A stretch of 6,055 nucleotides of DNA from Zygophlyctis sp. KS116 (taxonomy: Eukaryota > Fungi > Chytridiomycota): the NCBI GenBank assembly GCA_054661495.1, contig BAAFSQ010000454.1:1-6055 (forward strand), given 5' to 3'. Shown piece by piece: positions 5,115 to 6,055 of the stretch (within the stretch, counting starts at the first letter, position 1; the number at the start of each line of letters is the position of its first letter). A program made the position numbers and the translations under genes. The notes beneath the pieces were generated by a model that worked only from the letters and a program-made list of their open reading frames with translations, made no database searches and was not told where the DNA came from.

Positions 5115-6055
5115 GTCCAAAAAAACCTGCAGGCAAATTATTTTATGTGACTATCAATTGGTATCAGTGAGAAGATACTTAAATAGATTCACTCAAAATT
5201 ATTTGGATGATACTTCTACTACAAAACGCTCTAATTCTGGCATACTTTCAAAAGAGTATAGAATATTTAACCATCTGAAACTTAACTTTGACCACTGCAA
5301 TTGGACGATATTAAAATTGACAAAAAAATGTTTACATGGGATCATGATAGGCATAGTACAAAACCCAAGGTTAATGAAAATTGTTCAACATGTCAATTTA
5401 GACAAGTGGTTTCGCCATATTGGGTATCAAGACTATATCATATTGCCAAGAGATATGTGTAAAGTTAATTATTCCAGTGGGATAAAACTCCCTAAATTTT
5501 TATTGGTTTATACACTTTTAATGGCTAGTATATTAAGCATCTTTGATCATGATACATCTTTATTGAATTATTTTAAAGAATTACTAGTGCTCAATCATTA
5601 TAAAATCATAAATTGGATGAAAAAACGGCAATATATCATAAATGGTATCTTGTCTTCTGGAAAGATTTCGAATTCGAAATTTAAGTTTACTATTCTTTAT
5701 CTTTGGACACTAAACATACTGAAATTTAAAGTCTTGAAAGCATTGGATCTACATGTTATACAACAAACGCGCATGATTGAAAATTGCATTTATATTTTTG
5801 AACGAAACTTGATGGGTGGATATGTTAATGGATTGAATCTTCAGTATATTTTAGAGCAGATACAGTCACTGCTTCTTGGAAAATTTCAACTTGTTTGGAA
5901 TATTTTTAGAGGTACATATTCCACTGGGACCATTATCGCGTCCCTCCAATTTTTATTGGTTTATACACTTTTAATGGCTAGTATATTAAGCATCTTTGAT
6001 CATGATACATCTTTATTGAATTATTTTAAAGAATTACTAGTGCTCAATCATTATA
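5104..6055 (+). CDS. ORF-X, N-terminal part (runs off the window and continues at 562-743 through the terminal overlap; 377 aa in total); hydrophobic protein of unknown function
   Basis: Hand translation from ATG 5104 (in-frame TAG upstream at 5089-5091) gives MISRSKKTCRQIILCDYQLVSVRRYLNRF...YSSGIKLPKFLLVYTLL... with no stop before the window end. It is in frame with the 9-743 ORF of the first copy, and the ORF track probably omits it because no stop lies in the window. Confidence 0.7.
   Translation, partial: MISRSKKTCRQIILCDYQLVSVRRYLNRFTQNYLDDTSTTKRSNSGILSKEYRIFNHLKLNFDHCNWTILKLTKKCLHGIMIGIVQNPRLMKIVQHVNLDKWFRHIGYQDYIILPRDMCKVNYSSGIKLPKFLLVYTLLMASILSIFDHDTSLLNYFKELLVLNHYKIINWMKKRQYIINGILSSGKISNSKFKFTILYLWTLNILKFKVLKALDLHVIQQTRMIENCIYIFERNLMGGYVNGLNLQYILEQIQSLLLGKFQLVWNIFRGTYSTGTIIASLQFLLVYTLLMASILSIFDHDTSLLNYFKELLVLNHY
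5495..6055 (+). repeat. Terminal direct repeat, right copy (561 bp)
   Basis: Identical by eye to 1-561. Confidence 0.97.

Larger units (their letters stand above)
1..5494 (+). mobile_element. APE-type non-LTR retrotransposon (LINE-like), one full circularly permuted unit: ORF1 - ORF-X - APE/RT/CCHC
   Basis: It has an APE endonuclease + non-LTR RT + C-terminal CCHC polyprotein and an ORF1-like gene on the same strand. The sequence repeats with period 5494 (position 5495 = position 1). No integrase, protease, RNase H or tyrosine recombinase motifs were recognised. Confidence 0.88.

Overview
The window is one complete 5,494-bp unit of an AT-rich, eukaryotic-type non-LTR (LINE-like) retroelement plus a 561-bp terminal overlap (1-561 = 5495-6055, identical by eye). 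Both window ends fall exactly on the boundaries of an exact internal 108-bp repeat. The overlap is therefore most likely how an assembler writes out a circle or head-to-tail tandem array, not an LTR. Read as a circle, the unit has three same-strand, overlapping ORFs. ORF1 (3864-5114) is gag-like, with a coiled coil, an RRM-like block and an acidic tail. A previously uncalled 377-aa hydrophobic, internally duplicated ORF-X starts at ATG 5104, crosses the junction and stops at 743. The APE endonuclease + reverse transcriptase + CCHC ORF is open from 710 to 3739; it has no in-frame ATG ahead of the first endonuclease motif and probably starts at ATG 706 with a +1 shift. The only non-coding stretch is 124 bp (3740-3863). 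It holds a stem-loop with a TATA box in its loop, a downstream AATAAA, a short telomere-like motif and the start of a 3-codon uORF. There is no poly(A) tail or target-site duplication. The host and clade cannot be fixed without database searches.
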